A stretch of DNA of 64,000 nucleotides. Source: an uncultured virus (IMG/VR IMGVR_UViG_2541047319_000002) (taxonomy: Duplodnaviria; Heunggongvirae; Uroviricota; Caudoviricetes). Both the position numbers and the translations under genes were made by a program. The notes beneath the pieces are model-generated. The model made no database searches. It saw only the letters and a list, made by a program, of their open reading frames with translations, and was not told the origin of the DNA. The DNA lies in IMG/VR virus record IMGVR_UViG_2541047319_000002; one strand, given 5' to 3'. This document shows, piece by piece, positions 60,230-64,000 of the stretch. How positions within the stretch are numbered: the first letter of the stretch is position 1; every line of letters begins with the position of its first letter.

Positions 60230-60733
60230 ATGAATAAAATAATCGTATTTTATGATATAGAAGGGAATCCAGTTTTCCAAATACTTGTAAGAAATGTAAA
60301 AAAATATACTAGACAAAATAGAATATTTAAATTGGTTGATAGTTTTATTAAAAAAAATATAAATAATATTAATTTAAATGATGGGAAAATATATGATAGC
60401 TCTAGTTGGATAATTTTTACTATATCAAAAACAGGACATTATAAATTAAAACTTAATCTTGATATAGACTATGATATATTAATTAAAAAGTTAGATATCA
60501 AAAAAAGTAAAAGAGAAAGTAATTCTAAAACAGAGAGAGAATTATTTTATATAGGAACAGGATGGTGTAAAAGAAAAGAAATATACAATTTACTAACTAG
60601 ACAAAATCAAATTGGATACGAAGATTATGATACTTTAACAATAGATGGCGATGTTTATATAAGAACATATAATGAAAAATGTAGAACAATATTACTTCAT
60701 AGTAATTATCAAAAAATATTAAAAGAGATATAA
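60230..60733 (+). CDS. Hypothetical early protein
   Basis: ORF track, AGGAGG RBS. Confidence 0.7.
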   Translation: MNKIIVFYDIEGNPVFQILVRNVKKYTRQNRIFKLVDSFIKKNINNINLNDGKIYDSSSWIIFTISKTGHYKLKLNLDIDYDILIKKLDIKKSKRESNSKTERELFYIGTGWCKRKEIYNLLTRQNQIGYEDYDTLTIDGDVYIRTYNEKCRTILLHSNYQKILKEI

Positions 60734-60770
60734 ATAAAATTCAACTTTTAATATAAATGGAGGGTTTAAA

Positions 60771-61133
60771 ATGAATAAGTATTTAATTGGTTGCATAGGT
60801 AATTGCTTAAGAAGTATGAAAGCAATAAAAACTAGATTTTTTTTAATAGATAATAATAACATTGAGGATGTCACACTAAAGTTGTGTAAAGGAGTAGAGC
60901 ATATAGCACCATTTAGATATAAATATGGATTAGCAAATTATAGTTTTGGTTGTGGTTTATCTCATTATTTAGATACATATAATTTAAACACTGTAAATGG
61001 ATTAGATTTGAATAATACACATTTAATAATGCTTACTTTAAATGATTTAAAAAATATAGTAGGGTGTAAAACTGTCTTTGATATAGATGTAGAAGAAAAA
61101 CTATTAAACTATATAAAGAGTTATTACAGATGA
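60771..61133 (+). CDS. Hypothetical early protein
   Basis: ORF track, GGAGG RBS. Confidence 0.7.
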   Translation: MNKYLIGCIGNCLRSMKAIKTRFFLIDNNNIEDVTLKLCKGVEHIAPFRYKYGLANYSFGCGLSHYLDTYNLNTVNGLDLNNTHLIMLTLNDLKNIVGCKTVFDIDVEEKLLNYIKSYYR

Positions 61134-61186
61134 AAATACAAGTACTTAAAATATTAATTTTAATATAAAATTAGGAGGGCGTAAAA

Positions 61187-61489
61187 ATGGAAAGAAGATA
61201 TAGAACAAAAGAGGAAACAATTGGATACTTTAGAATAATAGCATCTAGTTATAAGAAAGATGCAGATATAAATAATAATGAAGTAGCAAAGGGACAAGTT
61301 GAAGCATGGGAGATGGCAGCGTTTGAGCTGGAAAGAATTACTAAAACAAAAAAAGAAATAGTTAAATATTTTAAACAATTAGAGTTTGAACGTGAGAGAG
61401 ATGCATATAGAAATGAGGACGAAATAGCAAAAGAACAAGCAGAGGTGTATGGATTGGTAGCGTTTCAGATAGAAAGAAATATGAAATAA
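61187..61489 (+). CDS. Early protein with internal duplication
   Basis: TKEETIGYF...AFELER / TKKEIVKYF...AFQIER. Confidence 0.7.
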   Translation: MERRYRTKEETIGYFRIIASSYKKDADINNNEVAKGQVEAWEMAAFELERITKTKKEIVKYFKQLEFERERDAYRNEDEIAKEQAEVYGLVAFQIERNMK

Positions 61490-61520
61490 CAACATTTAAA
61501 TACAAATTGGAGGTTTAAGC

Positions 61521-62105
61521 ATGAATGAGTATATTTTGATAAGTTATACAAAAGGTAAAGGAGCTTGTGACCACTGTGGAAGAACTATAAAAAATATAGC
61601 TACAATAAAAAATAATGTTACAGGAGAAGTTTTTCATGTTGGATTAACATGTGTAGAAAAAATAATGAAATTGAATGTTACATTTTACAAAGCATTGTCG
61701 AGAGAGATAAAAAAACATTACAAATGTATGGAGTACTACAGTAAGGGTTTAGATATAGAGACAAATCTTAATAAAATAGTGAAGAATAATACTAAATACA
61801 AAGAAGGTTCTTATGCTTATAAATCTAATGAACAAATGTTAGAAGATGCAATTGCGGAAGTGGCTTGGTCTTTGGCTCGTATGATAGATAGTTGTATGAG
61901 AATGAATAAACTTAGTAAGTCTGGATTGATAGATATAGATATATTAAACAGTTTGTTTATCAAGTATAAGGAATATATGAGTAAATTTGATGAAAATTAC
62001 AATAAAAACAAATATAAATATAAAAGTTGTTATACTATGAAACCTTTAAAAGTAATATTAGATGAAAATGAAGATTTAAAAGAACTATATAAAAGTATGC
62101 AATAA
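61521..62105 (+). CDS. Zn-binding early protein
   Basis: CDHCGRTIK...HVGLTC. Confidence 0.7.
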   Translation: MNEYILISYTKGKGACDHCGRTIKNIATIKNNVTGEVFHVGLTCVEKIMKLNVTFYKALSREIKKHYKCMEYYSKGLDIETNLNKIVKNNTKYKEGSYAYKSNEQMLEDAIAEVAWSLARMIDSCMRMNKLSKSGLIDIDILNSLFIKYKEYMSKFDENYNKNKYKYKSCYTMKPLKVILDENEDLKELYKSMQ

Positions 62106-62422
62106 ATGTATGTAGGCGATGAATTAATGACAATGAATTTTATATAGATGAGGATTATATTTTATATAAAAGAGTGTCATATCTTTAATATAGGACATGA
62201 AGTAATAAAAGAGTTTAAAATTATATTTTTAATAGGATATATGAGTTATCAAATCGCTATTATTATAGCTATATTATTATAATTCAAATGATAATGATAG
62301 TGATTTGATAAAAGGATTTTAAAGATTATAAAAATCAAAAGGTATAAATACATTAAGATGATTTTCAAACAGCTTATAGAGGCTTGTACGGGGTCATAAT
62401 CATAAACTAGGAGGGTGTAAAA

Positions 62423-62920
62423 ATGAAATTCAAAAATATAGCTATGGGAATGTTATTAGGTTTAATTATTGTTGGAGTTGCAGGAGCAACAAAAGTTAAG
62501 GCTGCCGAATTAGATAATTTTTATGTAGAAACTACAGACAGAGTTATTGAAGTTTTAGAAGATGAAAGTATAGTTTTATATGATACTAAAGAGCAAGTTT
62601 ATAATTTCTATCCAGTTTGTCTAGGTGACTGGAACTATAGCTTTAAAAATAAAAAAGATTTAGATAGAGCAGTTGCAACTTACAAAGAGCTGTCAAACAA
62701 TATAAGTCACTCAAAGGATGTATATGTGATTAATAAGTTAAATAACAATGGAAACATTAAAGTATTTTTAAATGATGGAAGTTCAATTGTTTATATAAAA
62801 CAGGATAATAAATATTACTTTTATCCAGCCTGTATGGGTGATTGGTATTTAATATTAGATAATAAAATAAATTTAAAAAACTGTATAAACACTTATTTTA
62901 ATATGGGAGGTGCAATATGA
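62423..62920 (+). CDS. Secreted protein with duplicated FYPxCxGDW domain
   Basis: Sec signal peptide ending VKA-AE; FYPVCLGDW and FYPACMGDW repeats. Confidence 0.7.
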   Translation: MKFKNIAMGMLLGLIIVGVAGATKVKAAELDNFYVETTDRVIEVLEDESIVLYDTKEQVYNFYPVCLGDWNYSFKNKKDLDRAVATYKELSNNISHSKDVYVINKLNNNGNIKVFLNDGSSIVYIKQDNKYYFYPACMGDWYLILDNKINLKNCINTYFNMGGAI

Positions 62921-63051
62921 TACGATATATAAAAGATATAAATAATATAAGCTTAGAAGATGCAAAAGAATTAAGTGAAAAGGGGGTTTATTTCATTATA
63001 AAAGATGGGAAAATAAAAGGTATTAAATTTGAAAATATAAAAAATATATGA
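62917..63051 (+). CDS. Small protein (44 aa)
   Basis: MIRYIKDINNISLEDAKELSEKGVYFIIKDGKIKGIKFENIKNI*; ATGA overlap; GGAGG RBS. Confidence 0.6.
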   Translation: MIRYIKDINNISLEDAKELSEKGVYFIIKDGKIKGIKFENIKNI

Positions 63052-63138
63052 TGTCTATAAGATAAAATCTCAATTGGTACAGATATAGTTCACTGAGTAT
63101 TGTTATAATTAACATATAGATTAAATGGAGGGGTAAAA

Positions 63139-64000
63139 ATGGAAACTTTATTGGAAAAAAATTTATTAAAAGAATATAAATTATGGCAAGGTGGAGAACA
63201 TAGACGAATTTACATAAATAAAGTTCCTTCTAAAATTAATTTCAAAGAGTTTATTAAAAATAATGATTTTGGAATTGGACTAGGAGAGGGACTAGGAATA
63301 ACTAAGATAGCACAGCGTGTTGAAAATTCTGGTAATATTTCTGAATTAAAAATTTATTATGATTGTAACAATAAAAATTTTTACTTCATAAAACAATACT
63401 CAGATGTGTTGAAAAAATTCATAGATTTGCTTACTGATGAAATAATTGAAATATATTCAAAAGAAATTTATAGAGAAGATAATGTCAGTCAAGAAATAAA
63501 AGAAAATTCATTTAATGTATTAACGTTAAATGGTTCTGAAAAACAAGTTGAATTGGCTAATGAAATAAGAGATAATGTTTTAAATTTTGTTGACGAACTA
63601 GAAAAGATTAAAATGAAAAAAATAGAAGACGGAGATTATAAAGTAAAAGACAAGAGCATAGAAGAAATGACAGAAAAATGTAAAAGAAAGTTTAAAAGAA
63701 TAAAAGAAGAAATGAGAAGTATAGAAAGTGCTAAATTCTTTATAGATAATTTCAAAGATATTTTAGAACATAATTCTTTAGAGCAAAAAGCATTTCATAT
63801 AAATCAGACATTAAAAGATTCTCAATTTGCAGAAGAAAGTAAAATATGGAGCTTACTGGAATATGAAACACAAGTACCACACAAATTAAAAAAGGTTAAA
63901 GATTATAACATAAGTTATGAAGAAGCTAAGAAGATAGCTAGAGAAATAAAATTTAACAACGCATGGGCTAATGAGATAAAAGAAAATGTACTTAAAATAG
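63139..64000 (+). CDS. Hypothetical protein (runs off window)
   Basis: ATG after GGAGGGG; open to end; LNGSEKQVELANEIR motif with a second partial ..AWANEIK copy. Confidence 0.7.
   Translation, partial: METLLEKNLLKEYKLWQGGEHRRIYINKVPSKINFKEFIKNNDFGIGLGEGLGITKIAQRVENSGNISELKIYYDCNNKNFYFIKQYSDVLKKFIDLLTDEIIEIYSKEIYREDNVSQEIKENSFNVLTLNGSEKQVELANEIRDNVLNFVDELEKIKMKKIEDGDYKVKDKSIEEMTEKCKRKFKRIKEEMRSIESAKFFIDNFKDILEHNSLEQKAFHINQTLKDSQFAEESKIWSLLEYETQVPHKLKKVKDYNISYEEAKKIAREIKFNNAWANEIKENVLKI

Noticed and set aside
1..64000. CRISPR array
   Set aside because: No regularly spaced ~29-37 bp repeats with unique spacers seen in this window

Overview
Very AT-rich window that reads as about half of a large temperate siphophage (phage-plasmid) of Clostridioides difficile or a close relative. 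Gene content resembles the phiCD211/phiCDIF1296T-like large prophages, with an SPbeta-like head gene order; this assignment is inference from protein motifs. The minus strand (1-55 kb) carries the late module: terminase, portal, scaffold/protease, capsid, tail, tape measure, BppU, a 1759-aa RCC1-repeat receptor-binding protein with a CD1375-like partner, and a Gly-rich fibre. It also carries accessory morons, type II and type I toxin-antitoxin loci, an IS200/IS605-family iscB element with its omega-RNA, tRNA-Ser(GCT), HU and a Rep/ParMRC plasmid replicon. The plus strand (56-64 kb) carries an immunity switch, ardA and a run of small early genes. Highlights: (1) The apparently broken tape measure gene is interrupted by three ORF-less group I introns, including a 57-nt micro-exon; predicted splicing restores one 2774-aa frame. 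(2) An intact IscB is present, and its guide and an ATAAA TAM can be inferred from the reconstructed empty site. (3) Several unexplained structured non-coding RNAs are present, notably a ~300-nt RNA with 7-nt periodic A-rich repeats directly behind a coiled-coil gene, a ~550-nt RNA next to the tRNA, a ~500-nt early RNA and a covarying 39-nt hairpin motif present twice. (4) Three genes (portal, major tail, sigma-like regulator) each carry a single-base frameshift.
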